Shown in pieces: positions 1 through 15,460 of a DNA stretch of 64,000 bases. A model generated the notes under the pieces. That model was not told the origin of the DNA. It did not search any database and worked only from the letters and a program-made list of their open reading frames with translations. The number at the start of each line of letters is the position of its first letter. Position 1 is the stretch's first letter. Made by a program: the position numbers and the translations under genes. Origin of the DNA: Planctomycetota bacterium (GTDB taxonomy: Bacteria > Planctomycetota > JAJSAM01 > JAJVHW01). Location: assembly GCA_965248445.1 (NCBI GenBank), contig CBDFJG010000003.1, positions 768,001-832,000 of the forward strand, given 5' to 3'.

Positions 1-145
1 CGCCCTCGAAGGTCTCCGTGGAGGCCGCGGCTCCGCCGCCACTGCGCCCTTCGGAGCCGAAACGACCGCCGGGGGGGCCGTCACCCGCGCACGCGGGCGC
101 GGTGACGAGGAGAAGGGCCGACAGAAGGAGCATGACCGATCGCAT
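1..145 (-). CDS. 5' end of a secreted protein running off the window edge (partial)
   Basis: Manual translation from ATG at 145 gives MRSVMLLLSALLLVTAPACAGDGPPGGRFG..., a signal-peptide-like N-terminus. The frame is open to position 1 and diverges from dnaE. Confidence 0.55.
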   Translation of the reverse strand, partial: MRSVMLLLSALLLVTAPACAGDGPPGGRFGSEGRSGGGAAASTETFEG

Positions 146-305
146 GGCGACATGATGCCGTCCCGCCGCGCCCGGCCGCGAGCAACATTGGATGTCGACG
201 GGCGCCGTTCACGGAAGTGTGACGGGAGGGTGCGCTCCGGCGGCCACGGGACGGCCACGCACCGCATTCGCGAGTCCCGCCCAGGGCGTATCCTCGGCGT
301 CCCCG

Positions 306-3974
<3,669 letters not shown>

Positions 3975-5643
3975 CCCGAATCGTTCACCAGCCGGGAATC
4001 TGAGCGGGCCGTCGTCTGTCTAAGTGCTCGTACTCGCTAGTACTTGCACCGACAGGAGCGCCGGCCCGATGACGACAGACTGTAGCCCGCAGGGGACCCT
4101 CTTCGCGGGCATCTGTGGACGCACCGCGGTGACGCGCTTCGACGCCGGTACCGTGACGAGCGACGGGGGCGTGCTGCTGCTCGAGCGGGTCGATCGTCGC
4201 ATCGATCTGCTCTCGCGGTTTGCGCGCTGCTTCGGGGACCACCGGGACCCGCGTCGGGTCGAGCACACGGTCGGCCAGATGCTGCGTCAGCGGGTCTTCG
4301 GGCTGTGCGCGGGCTACGAGGATCTGGTGGACCACGACCATGTCGGCAAGGACCCGCTGTTTGCCGCGGCGTGCGGCAAGCGCGAGGGTGCTCTGGCCAC
4401 GCACCCGACGCTCTCGCGGCTCGAGACCACGCAGCTCGGCGCCACGGCACAGACGCGCTACGCCAAGATCGAGATGGACCAGGAGCGCGTGGACAGCGTG
4501 CTCAGCGACGTCTTCTGCGAGGCCATGGGGCCGGAGGATCCGGGCCTGCTCGTGCTGGACCTGGACCACTCCGACGTGCGGCTGCACGGCCGGCAGGAGG
4601 GCCGCTTCTTCCACGGCTACTACGGGCACTACTGCTACCTGCCGCTGTACGTCTTCTGCGGCGAGCACCTCTTGCTCGCTCGGCTCCAGACCGCTGACAG
4701 AGATCCCGCGCGCGGAGTCGTGGACGAGCTCCGTGCGCTGGTCTTACGTCTGCGGCGCCGCTGGCCCCGGGCCAAGGTGCTCGTGCGCGCAGACTCGGGC
4801 TTTTGCCGCGAGGAGCTGATGGCCTGGTGCGAGGCCGCCGGCCACTTCTACCTGCTGGGCATGGCGCGCAATGAGCGCCTTGAGCGACACGTCGAAGACG
4901 CGCTCGATGAGGCCGCAGCCCGTGCCGTGCAGACCGGCCGAGCAGCCCGGGTCTTTCGCGACTTTGCCTGGACCACGCTGGGGAGCTGGAGCCAGAGGCG
5001 TCGCGTGGTCGCCAAGGCCGAGCACCTGCCGGGCGGCAAGCGCAATCCCCGCTTCGTGGTGACCAATCTGCCGCCTCGTAGCTGGAGCAGCAAGCGTCTC
5101 TACGAGCAGCTCTACTGCGCCCGGGGCGAGGCGGAGAATCGCATCAAGGAGCAGCAGCTCGAGCTCTTCGGCACCCGTCTGTCGGTGCACACGATGCAGG
5201 GCAACGCCGTGCGGATGGCCATGTCGGCCATGGCCTACGTCCTGACCTGTGCGCTGCGACGCATCGGTCTCGCCGGCACCGAGATGGCGCGTGCGCAAGC
5301 CGGCACGATCCGCCTGCGGCTGCTCAAGATCGGCGCGCTCGTGCGGATCACGACGCGCCGGATCTGGGTCTCGATGTCCTCGTCGTGGCCCTGGCAGCAC
5401 GTCTTCGAGCGCTGCGCGCAACGACTGCTGGCATCCCCGAAGCCGACCTGACGTCCCGCCGCGCCGTCCGCCACACCACCGCCCGGCCTACGGTCTGCCC
5501 ACACCGCAGAATCCGCGCCGTTTCGGCCGCTCACTCGCGTTGCCCTTGTGGCAACGACGACAGCATCCGCCCTCGCCTGGCCAAGATCTGACCCTGTGGA
5601 CTCCGAAAGCACCGTCATCGCGACGTCTCGTGAACAGATGCGG
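3975..5643 (+). mobile_element. IS1380-family insertion sequence, 1669 bp, with 4-bp target duplication CTAA
   Basis: CTAA at 3971-3974 and 5644-5647. Imperfect terminal inverted repeats: left CCCGAATCGTTCAC, reverse complement of right end CCGCATCTGTTCAC. Contains a single IS1380-type transposase and has the size typical of the family. Confidence 0.9.
4069..5451 (+). CDS. IS1380-family DDE transposase
   Basis: Motifs FDAGTVTSDGG, GYEDLVDHD, LDLD...HGRQEG.FFHGYY..YCYLPL, VRADSGF, YCARGEAENRIKEQQ. AGGAG RBS at 4054-4058 precedes ATG 4069. Confidence 0.95.
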   Translation: MTTDCSPQGTLFAGICGRTAVTRFDAGTVTSDGGVLLLERVDRRIDLLSRFARCFGDHRDPRRVEHTVGQMLRQRVFGLCAGYEDLVDHDHVGKDPLFAAACGKREGALATHPTLSRLETTQLGATAQTRYAKIEMDQERVDSVLSDVFCEAMGPEDPGLLVLDLDHSDVRLHGRQEGRFFHGYYGHYCYLPLYVFCGEHLLLARLQTADRDPARGVVDELRALVLRLRRRWPRAKVLVRADSGFCREELMAWCEAAGHFYLLGMARNERLERHVEDALDEAAARAVQTGRAARVFRDFAWTTLGSWSQRRRVVAKAEHLPGGKRNPRFVVTNLPPRSWSSKRLYEQLYCARGEAENRIKEQQLELFGTRLSVHTMQGNAVRMAMSAMAYVLTCALRRIGLAGTEMARAQAGTIRLRLLKIGALVRITTRRIWVSMSSSWPWQHVFERCAQRLLASPKPT

Positions 5644-5668
5644 CTAATCGGCCGCGCAGACGAATCGA

Positions 5669-5713
5669 AACAGCCCCGCGCCGCCGAACAAACACGTACG
5701 ACGCGGGGCTGTT
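5669..5713. terminator. Inverted repeat, likely a bidirectional terminator between dnaE/IS and the convergent gene
   Basis: AACAGCCCCGCG (5669-5680) pairs perfectly with CGCGGGGCTGTT (5702-5713). Confidence 0.65.
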
Positions 5714-5731
5714 CAGGACTACGGCGGGCGG

Positions 5732-6355
5732 CTACTCCGCCGGACCGCCGTGTAGCTTGACGGGCTCGCCCTCGACCTCTTCGCTCTTGCCGACGAAGCG
5801 GATCGGATCCTCGTGGCGACGGTACTCGTCGCCGGTGCGCGCATACTTCAGGACGAGCACACGGCGCTCGGACCAGGCGATGCCGCGACGGTCGCGGTAG
5901 ACCGGGTCCCACAGTCCGTACACACGGACCTCGAACTTGTCCGCGTTCGGGTCGATGCGCCCGAAGTGCGCCAGCGCCCCGGCCGAGGCGCCTGCATCCA
6001 GGTCCCTGCGACGGATCCGGAGGGTCGAGTCGAGACTCGCCTTGCCCGCACGCTTGGCGACCGCGCGGGAAGTCGCGCCGTCGTAGTGGTCGCCATGGGA
6101 CTTGCCCGTCTCGGTCTGCACTTCGAGGCGGATGCGCGGCTTGCGCGCGGCATCGGTACCGTTCGTGACGGTGTACTGCATGTAGTAATGCGGTGACCCG
6201 CCGGCGACGATGGCCGCCAAGTCTCCGGCTTCAAAGTCGAGCCGCCACCGATCGCCTGCATCGGCGCTCGGCGAGGCGAGCACCGCAGCGACGGTAATCG
6301 CAGCGGCTGCCATCACGGCTAGAGCAGTTCGCGTCGCGAGAAGAGTTCGCTTCAT
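5732..6355 (-). CDS. Hypothetical secreted protein
   Basis: Signal peptide MKRTLLATRTALAVMAAAAITVAAVLASPSADA with an AGAGGA RBS. Globular beta-rich body. Lies downstream of the pilin-like gene. Confidence 0.75.
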   Translation of the reverse strand: MKRTLLATRTALAVMAAAAITVAAVLASPSADAGDRWRLDFEAGDLAAIVAGGSPHYYMQYTVTNGTDAARKPRIRLEVQTETGKSHGDHYDGATSRAVAKRAGKASLDSTLRIRRRDLDAGASAGALAHFGRIDPNADKFEVRVYGLWDPVYRDRRGIAWSERRVLVLKYARTGDEYRRHEDPIRFVGKSEEVEGEPVKLHGGPAE

Positions 6356-6399
6356 GACCCGTGGTCCTCTCAAGTCGAACGACGGCGCAGCGCCGCAGC

Positions 6400-6434
6400 G
6401 CCGGGAAGGACGGCGGAACCGCCGCCTTCCCGGC
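6400..6434. terminator. Strong GC hairpin between the pilin-like gene and the downstream gene
   Basis: GCCGGGAAGG-a-CGGCGG-aa-CCGCCG-CCTTCCCGGC. There is no U-tract, so it may be a stabilising or attenuating hairpin instead. Confidence 0.5.
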
Positions 6435-6448
6435 ACATCTGCCGACGT

Positions 6449-7090
6449 CTACTCCTTGTTCGGCTCTCCGTAGATGAGCGTGCGGAGCATGTCGTTCGCA
6501 GCGTCCGGGCCCACGACGATGTCGTCGTCACCCGACAAACCGAGCGCCTCGCGATCGAGGAACTTCACCGACGTGTCCTGGAACAGGACGTTCAGGCCGC
6601 CCTTGTGATGCGCGGTGCGGTGATCCGTCGTCTGACGGTCGGCCGCGATCGCCTGCAGTTCCCCGTCCTCGGCGCCAATCGGGGAACCCTTGAAGTCGCG
6701 GACGACGTACGAGCAGAGGTCCTCCGACGGATCCTTGAGATCCACGTCGTCGTAAGCACTGCGCTCTTCGTCGGTCTTCGGGATCACCACGGTCGAATCG
6801 CCGGGGCAGGTGAAGATCTCTTCCTGTCCCTTGGCGATCGCACGCTTGGCCCCATGACGGAAGTGGAGGAAGTACGCCACGCCGTTGTGGCGAGGACGAC
6901 CACCGCCGCGCTCGAGGGTCTCTGTCTGATAGAGCGCCCCGAACTGACTTAGGTGGCCGGCGCAAGACGCCTTCTCCTGCTGCTCCTGGATCTTCGGAAC
7001 CAACACCATCACCGCGCCGGCCAACGCCGCGATGATCGTGATGACCACGAGGATCTCGATCAGGGTGAAACCCCGCGTCCGATTACGCAT
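6449..7090 (-). CDS. Prepilin-type N-terminal cleavage/methylation protein (type IV pilin/pseudopilin, DUF1559-like with H-X9-DG-type C-terminal motif)
   Basis: MRNRTRG|FTLIEILVVITIIAALA is a class III signal with Glu at +5. C-terminal HKGGLNVLFQDT. GAGGAGG RBS. Confidence 0.9.
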   Translation of the reverse strand: MRNRTRGFTLIEILVVITIIAALAGAVMVLVPKIQEQQEKASCAGHLSQFGALYQTETLERGGGRPRHNGVAYFLHFRHGAKRAIAKGQEEIFTCPGDSTVVIPKTDEERSAYDDVDLKDPSEDLCSYVVRDFKGSPIGAEDGELQAIAADRQTTDHRTAHHKGGLNVLFQDTSVKFLDREALGLSGDDDIVVGPDAANDMLRTLIYGEPNKE

Positions 7091-7312
7091 TCAATCCCTC
7101 CTCTTCCGCCCACGCTCGGGCCGGAACCTGCCCGGGCCTGAGTCGAGACCTGCCCGTTCATGACTCAAGACCCGACGGGTCCGACACACCTAGGTGCTCT
7201 CCCGCGCAGGACGGCCCGTCGACGGCCACACCGACCCTTGTCGGTCCGCCCGTACGCACGGAACCTACCGAGTCGCACGACGGGCACGACGCGGGTTGCC
7301 CAACGCGGGCGG

Positions 7313-7342
7313 AATGTACCACCGGCTGCCTCGCAGCAGCAA
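7313..7342 (-). promoter_or_regulatory. Candidate sigma70 promoter (extended -10) for the pilin-like gene
   Basis: Minus strand reads TTGCTG-N18-TACATT, with TG one base upstream of the -10. Confidence 0.4.
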
Positions 7343-7432
7343 GCGGGTTCCTGCGCTCGATTTGAGGCGCCTCGAAGGCCCGCCCCGGAGCCTGCGCCAG
7401 GCTCGACGGCGCGCCCGGAAGGCCGCCGGGGT

Positions 7433-8590
7433 TCAGACAGCCGCGCGAAGGTCCTCGACCCGGTCGCTGCGCTCCCACGTGTAGCCGTCCCCGCTGCGGC
7501 CGAAGTGACCGAAGCGGGCCGTGGGGAGGTAGATCGGGCGGCGCAGGTCCAGGGCATCGAGCATCCCTGCCGGAGTGAGGTCGAACGCCTCCCGCACGAG
7601 GTCGGCGAGGACCGGCTCCGGAGCCGTGCCGGTGCCGAACGTGTCCACACGGACCGAGAGCGGCTCCACGACGCCGATCGCATACGCCAGCTGGACCTCG
7701 GCGCGGCGGGCGAGTCCTGCGTCGACCAGGTTCCGCGCGACGTAACGCGCCATGTACGCAGCCGAGCGGTCCACCTTGGACGGGTCCTTGCCGCTGAATG
7801 CACCCCCGCCGTGGCGGCTCCATCCGCCGTACGTATCGACGATGATCTTGCGGCCGGTCACGCCGGTGTCGCCGTGCGGCCCGCCGATGACGAACTGGCC
7901 TGTCGGGTTGACCTCGTAACGCGTGTCGTCATCCAGCATCCCGTCCGGCACCGCCGGTTTGATGATGCGCTCGATGACGGCTTCACGGAGTTCGTCCGAC
8001 GGCACGTCCGGCGCATGCTGGGTCGATACGAGCACCGTGTGGATCCGCAGCGGCCGGTCGCCCTCGTACTCGATCGTCACCTGCGACTTGGCGTCCGGGC
8101 GCAGCCACGGCAACTCGTTCGAGGTCCGCGCTGCGACCTGTTGGTCGAGAATGTGCCGCGCGAACGTGATCGCAGTCGGCATCCGCTCGGGCGTCTCGTC
8201 GCACGCGTATCCGAACATGAGGCCCTGGTCTCCGGCGCCGAGCGCTCCTCCGGCCTGGTCCACGCCCATCGAGATGTCGGGCGACTGCGCGTGGACGTGC
8301 AGATGGATTTTGCAGGTATCTGCGGCGAACAGGAGCTCCGGGTCGTCGTAGCCGATCTCGGCGATCGTTCGGCGGATCAGTGGCTCGTAGGTCACCTCGA
8401 CGCCGGGCCGGGCCTTGACCTCCCCGGCGAGCACGGTCAGATCCGTCGTGACCAGGGTCTCGACCGCGACCCGTGCATCCGGGTCCTGGGCCAGGAACGC
8501 ATCCACGACGCTGTCGCTGATCTGGTCGGCGACCTTGTCCGGGTGCCCCATCGACACGCACTCGGATGTGAAGAGATGGCGCTCACTCAT
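7433..8590 (-). CDS. metK: S-adenosylmethionine synthetase
   Basis: FTSECVSMGHPDK, GAGDQG, GRKIIVDTYGG, GGGAFSGKDPSKVDRS. Confidence 0.98.
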   Translation of the reverse strand: MSERHLFTSECVSMGHPDKVADQISDSVVDAFLAQDPDARVAVETLVTTDLTVLAGEVKARPGVEVTYEPLIRRTIAEIGYDDPELLFAADTCKIHLHVHAQSPDISMGVDQAGGALGAGDQGLMFGYACDETPERMPTAITFARHILDQQVAARTSNELPWLRPDAKSQVTIEYEGDRPLRIHTVLVSTQHAPDVPSDELREAVIERIIKPAVPDGMLDDDTRYEVNPTGQFVIGGPHGDTGVTGRKIIVDTYGGWSRHGGGAFSGKDPSKVDRSAAYMARYVARNLVDAGLARRAEVQLAYAIGVVEPLSVRVDTFGTGTAPEPVLADLVREAFDLTPAGMLDALDLRRPIYLPTARFGHFGRSGDGYTWERSDRVEDLRAAV

Positions 8591-8640
8591 GAGATGTCCT
8601 CGGGCCCAATGAAGCGCATCGCGGCGCCCCGTTCGAACGG

Positions 8641-10032
8641 TCAGTTGGTCGCGTCGGCGGCGTTCCCGGATCCGTCCCCGCCGGAGCGAGGTCCCGACGC
8701 GGGGACGTAGCTGACAAGTATGTCCAAGATCCGCCGCGTGGCGCCCTTGCTTTCGAGGCAGATCCCCCGAGCCCGACGGCCGATCTCGTCACGGCGTGCG
8801 GGGTCACCGTGCAACTCGACCAGGGACGCGCGGACCGCGTCGGCGTCGTCGACCTGCACGATGCCGCTCCGGGACAGCAGCAAGTCCATCGGGTCGCGGA
8901 AGTTCCACGTGTTCGGACCCACGACGACCGGCTTCCCGGACCCCGCCGGTTCCATCATGTTCTGCCCGCCGCGATCGGTGAGCGATCCGCCCACGAACAC
9001 GAGGTCGGCCACGGCGTACAGCAGGGACAGCTCCCCCATCGTGTCGCCGACGACGATCGACGCGTAGCTGTCCTTCGCCGCAGGCCAGGCCCCCGTCAGG
9101 CTGCTCAGCAGCACGGGCTCGTACCCACGGGACGCCACGACCGAGGTGACCTCGCGCAGACGCTTGGGGTGGCGCGGCACGAGCACGAGCCGCGCCTGCC
9201 GGTCCGTCTTGCGGATCTCCTCGAGCGCGTCGATCAGGACCTCGTCCTCGCCACCGTGCGTGCTGCCACCGAGGACGATGAAATCGCCGTCGCGCACACC
9301 CAGGCGAGCGACGTGCCGCTCGCGCAACTCGGCTGGAAGCTCGTCGGCCACGTTGTCGAACTTCATGGAGCCGGTGATCGTGATGCGGTCCGATGGCACG
9401 CCCAGCGACTGGAACCGCGCTGCGTACTCGTCGGACTGCACGCAATAGTGCAGAACGCGGGTCATCGGCTCGGGGATGACGGTCTGGAGCAGCTTGTAGT
9501 TGCGTGCGCTGTCCGCGGACATGCGGCCGTTCGCGACCAGGACCGGGAGCCCGCGCAGGCTGGTCGTCAGGAGGAAGTTCGGCCAGAGCTCGAGCTCCAT
9601 CAGCAGAACCACCGACGGCCTGAGCCGCTCGACGACGCGGCGGGTGGAGAACGAGAAGTCGAGCGGGTAGTAGACGACTCTCTTGCCGGGGTACGCCGCA
9701 ACCGCGGCCGCGTGCCCGTTCAGCGTCGTCGTGCTCACGACGACCTCGACCCACGGCATCTCGGCGTCGATCAGGCTGATCAGCTCGCGCGCCGCGAGAG
9801 CCTCGCCGGCCGAGACGCCGTGGATCCAGATAGCCGGCGCTTCCGACTCGCGCCGTTCCACGCGTCCCAGTCGCTCGGCCAGACCGGCCCGCCAGCGGCG
9901 GCTCGTCACGATCTTGAAGATGATCAGCGGCGACCCGAGCACGACGAGCACGGCGTAGAGGACGTCGTAGCACCACTGGAGCACGCGCAGGCGAATGCGG
10001 CTCAGCGTGCTCGGCGCGGGATCCGGCCACAC
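8641..10032 (-). CDS. waaA: 3-deoxy-D-manno-octulosonic acid (Kdo) transferase
   Basis: N-terminal TM helix, IWIHGVSAGE, YYPLD, ELELWPN, GSTH.GE, VPRHPKR, DTMGEL, FVGGSL, GGQNMMEPA. Confidence 0.93.
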   Translation of the reverse strand: MWPDPAPSTLSRIRLRVLQWCYDVLYAVLVVLGSPLIIFKIVTSRRWRAGLAERLGRVERRESEAPAIWIHGVSAGEALAARELISLIDAEMPWVEVVVSTTTLNGHAAAVAAYPGKRVVYYPLDFSFSTRRVVERLRPSVVLLMELELWPNFLLTTSLRGLPVLVANGRMSADSARNYKLLQTVIPEPMTRVLHYCVQSDEYAARFQSLGVPSDRITITGSMKFDNVADELPAELRERHVARLGVRDGDFIVLGGSTHGGEDEVLIDALEEIRKTDRQARLVLVPRHPKRLREVTSVVASRGYEPVLLSSLTGAWPAAKDSYASIVVGDTMGELSLLYAVADLVFVGGSLTDRGGQNMMEPAGSGKPVVVGPNTWNFRDPMDLLLSRSGIVQVDDADAVRASLVELHGDPARRDEIGRRARGICLESKGATRRILDILVSYVPASGPRSGGDGSGNAADATN

Positions 10033-10078
10033 GGGGGAGGCCCCGGAAGATGACGAGGAAGGCGCGGAGGTCAGGGCG

Positions 10079-12892
<2,814 letters not shown>

Positions 12893-12947
12893 GACGTCTT
12901 GTCGCCTCGCGAGGCCGACCTACGGCCTTACGCCGGGGTCTTGCAAG

Positions 12948-13820
12948 TCACGGGCCGGGCGAGTCCGCCCCGCCCCCGGGACCCTTCTTCCCCGGAAGGA
13001 GATGCCGCACGAAGGAAAGGAGGAGGGTGCGGTGGTACGGCTTCATCAGGAAGCCATCCGCCCCGCTCGTCTCGTCGAGGGCCACGGCGCCTGCGGTGGC
13101 CAGGAGCACCGGCTGGTGGCGGCCGCTCCCTTCGCCGCTCTCCTGCTCACGCTCACGGCGCCGGATGGCGCGGCACGTCGCGATCCCGTCGAGCCCGGGC
13201 ATCTCGTAGTCCATGAGCACCAGGTTCGGCTGGAGGTCTTCAACGATCATCAGCGCCTGCGCACCCGATCCGGCCTCGACCACGCGGTAGCCGGCGTGGC
13301 GCAGGATGTTCACGGCCGCCATGCGCATGCCGCGCTCGTCGTCCACCACGAGCACCAGGGGCCCGCTGCCGTCGCTCGCGGGCGTCAGGGCCGCCGCGAC
13401 CACCCGGGCGGTGGGAAGTCCGTTCGTGCGCCACGCCCTCTCGACCTGCCGTTTGATCGCGAGGTTGCGGCGGCGCACCTGGAGCCACTGGTCCCACTCC
13501 GCCGAGCCCTCATCCACCGGCGCGAGATCGTGCGTGTCGACGGAGAAGAACCACTCACCCGGTTCGCAGAACTCCATCAGCGCGATCTTCATGTGCGGGT
13601 AGTGGCGATTGCCCAGCCGGAGGACGTAGTGCGGGTGCTGTTCGCCCCCTGGATTCGGCGGCTGTTCGGGCGTGAAGAGCGCGAGTACGTCGGCGGGGTC
13701 AATGAGCGAACTCAGGTCCGGCGCCGCGGAGGCCGGCGGAGCCGCTCCGTCGTACGCCACGTCCGTGTACAGCGCGACCGCCCGCCGCAGGAGGTCCGGG
13801 GTGAGTTCGTCGAGCTTCAC
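12948..13820 (-). CDS. Unknown N-terminal domain fused to a C-terminal response-regulator receiver domain
   Basis: Receiver: VLVVDDE...LVLMDYEMPGLDG...LLATA...FLMKP. N-terminal domain contains LRLGNRHYPHMK and VDTHD. GTG start overlaps the pyrD stop (GTGA). Confidence 0.85.
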   Translation of the reverse strand: MKLDELTPDLLRRAVALYTDVAYDGAAPPASAAPDLSSLIDPADVLALFTPEQPPNPGGEQHPHYVLRLGNRHYPHMKIALMEFCEPGEWFFSVDTHDLAPVDEGSAEWDQWLQVRRRNLAIKRQVERAWRTNGLPTARVVAAALTPASDGSGPLVLVVDDERGMRMAAVNILRHAGYRVVEAGSGAQALMIVEDLQPNLVLMDYEMPGLDGIATCRAIRRREREQESGEGSGRHQPVLLATAGAVALDETSGADGFLMKPYHRTLLLSFVRHLLPGKKGPGGGADSPGP

Positions 13821-14761
13821 CCCAGGCGCCGCTCGTTCCGCCACGCGTCGCCGTGGACCGCGCCGATCACCGATCGGATCTCCTCGATGCCCTCCGCGGC
13901 AAGCTTCGACGCGACGTCCGCGACGAGGCGCACGGGCAACTCCGGATCGAGGAAGCACGCCGTCCCCACCTGCACGGCGCTCGCGCCGGCGGCGAGGTAC
14001 TGCAACACATCCTCCGCGTCACGGATGCCGCCGATCCCCACGACGGGGATGCGGATCGCGCGGGAGACCCTTAGCACTGTGAGCAGGGCCATCGGCTTGA
14101 TCGCAGGCCCGGAGAGACCGGCGATCTCGCGGGCGAAAATCGTGCGCCGACCGCGCCAATCGATCGCCGTGCCGAGGTAGGTGTTGACGAGTGACACCGC
14201 CGATGCGCCGGCCTCTTCGCACGCCGCCGCGATCGGCACGACATCCTCCACGTTTGGCGAGAGCTTGGCCCACACCGGAACGTCCACCGCCGCGACGCAC
14301 TCGGAGACGACCCGCGCCGCGAGCGCCGGGTCCCGGCTGAAGTCGAGACCGTTCGAGACGTTCGGGCAGGACAGGTTCAGCTCGAGCGCGGCGATCCCGG
14401 TCAGTTCGGCAGACTTCCGGGACAGCCACGCGAATTCGTCGGCGTCCTCGCCGGCCACGTTCATGACGAACGGGCAGGGCAGCGCGCTGACCCGCGGGAG
14501 CGTCTGCTCGACGAAGCCCGCAAATCCCGGGTTCATCAGGCCGATCGAGTTCAGCATCCCGGCCGGAGTCTCGAACGTCCGCGGCGGCGGGTTCCCGATG
14601 CGCTCCTTGGCGGTCACCGTCTTGCCGACGACGCCACCGATGGCGCCGAGGTCGGCGAGGCGCGCGAACTCGTAGCCGAGCCCGTACGTTCCGCTGGCCG
14701 TGAGGATCGGATTGCGCAGCGCCAGCGAACCGATATCGACGGCGAGCGACACGTCGCTCAC
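13817..14761 (-). CDS. pyrD: Dihydroorotate dehydrogenase, family 1 catalytic subunit
   Basis: NPILTASGT, GNPPPR.FET, NSIGLMNPG, ELNLSCPN, AKLSPNV, GLSGPAIKP. GTG start overlaps the lspA stop. Confidence 0.95.
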   Translation of the reverse strand: MSDVSLAVDIGSLALRNPILTASGTYGLGYEFARLADLGAIGGVVGKTVTAKERIGNPPPRTFETPAGMLNSIGLMNPGFAGFVEQTLPRVSALPCPFVMNVAGEDADEFAWLSRKSAELTGIAALELNLSCPNVSNGLDFSRDPALAARVVSECVAAVDVPVWAKLSPNVEDVVPIAAACEEAGASAVSLVNTYLGTAIDWRGRRTIFAREIAGLSGPAIKPMALLTVLRVSRAIRIPVVGIGGIRDAEDVLQYLAAGASAVQVGTACFLDPELPVRLVADVASKLAAEGIEEIRSVIGAVHGDAWRNERRLG

Positions 14762-15399
14762 CGTGGGGTCCCTGCAGGCTGCGCCTCTGCAGGCTTCTTC
14801 TCGGTGATGATCAGCCACGCCAACAGGATCACGCCGCACACGATGAGCACGTCGGCGACGTTCGAGGTGTACCAGTGCGTCGTCATGCCGCGCTCCCGCA
14901 GCCAGCCTGCGAGTGCCCAGTCGTCCGGCGCGTACCAGTCGAGGAAGTCACGCACACCCGGCCGCGAGTCGAGTTCGACCATGGGCCGGAGCGTCCGATC
15001 GTACAGGTTGCCGATCGCGCCCCCGATGATCATCGCGAGCGATGCGCTCTTCAGACGCTCGTCGTGACCCGATGTCCACAGGGTCCAGATGAGCGTTGCG
15101 ATCACGAGCGACGTCGCGACGGCGATCACCCACAGTCCCGCGTCGGACGCGAGGCCGAACGTGATGCCTCTGTTGAACGCGATGCGGATCTGCCACCACG
15201 ACGTGACCCGCCCGACGAGTTCCCCCTCCGGACGCAGCGGGTAGAAGACCAGGTACTTCGTCCAGAGGTCGGCCGCGAGACAGACCGCCGCCAGGCTGAG
15301 CCACGGGAGTTTGCGTCGAAAGCGCCCGGTCGGCTCGGGGGCAGCGGCCTCCACGCCCGTCGCCGGCTGCGCGGGCTGCGGCTCCTCGCCGCCGGTCAA
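14758..15399 (-). CDS. lspA: Lipoprotein signal peptidase II
   Basis: DLWTK, N.GITFG, GGAIGNLYDR, VRDFL, NVAD and several TM helices. Confidence 0.92.
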   Translation of the reverse strand: MTGGEEPQPAQPATGVEAAAPEPTGRFRRKLPWLSLAAVCLAADLWTKYLVFYPLRPEGELVGRVTSWWQIRIAFNRGITFGLASDAGLWVIAVATSLVIATLIWTLWTSGHDERLKSASLAMIIGGAIGNLYDRTLRPMVELDSRPGVRDFLDWYAPDDWALAGWLRERGMTTHWYTSNVADVLIVCGVILLAWLIITEKKPAEAQPAGTPR

Positions 15400-15460
15400 C
15401 GGGGATCGCCAGGCTCAGGAGTCCCAGGCCCAGATGGAAGAGAACGCGCAGATGCCGTCA

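Noticed and set aside
7091..7432. c-di-GMP riboswitch upstream of the pilin-like gene
   Set aside because: I found no GGCAAAC...GAAA...GACGCAAAG-type core on the minus strand. It is kept only as an unclassified leader.
8591..8640. SAM riboswitch upstream of metK
   Set aside because: The gap is only 50 bp within an apparent operon and has no recognisable SAM-I or SAM-II core.
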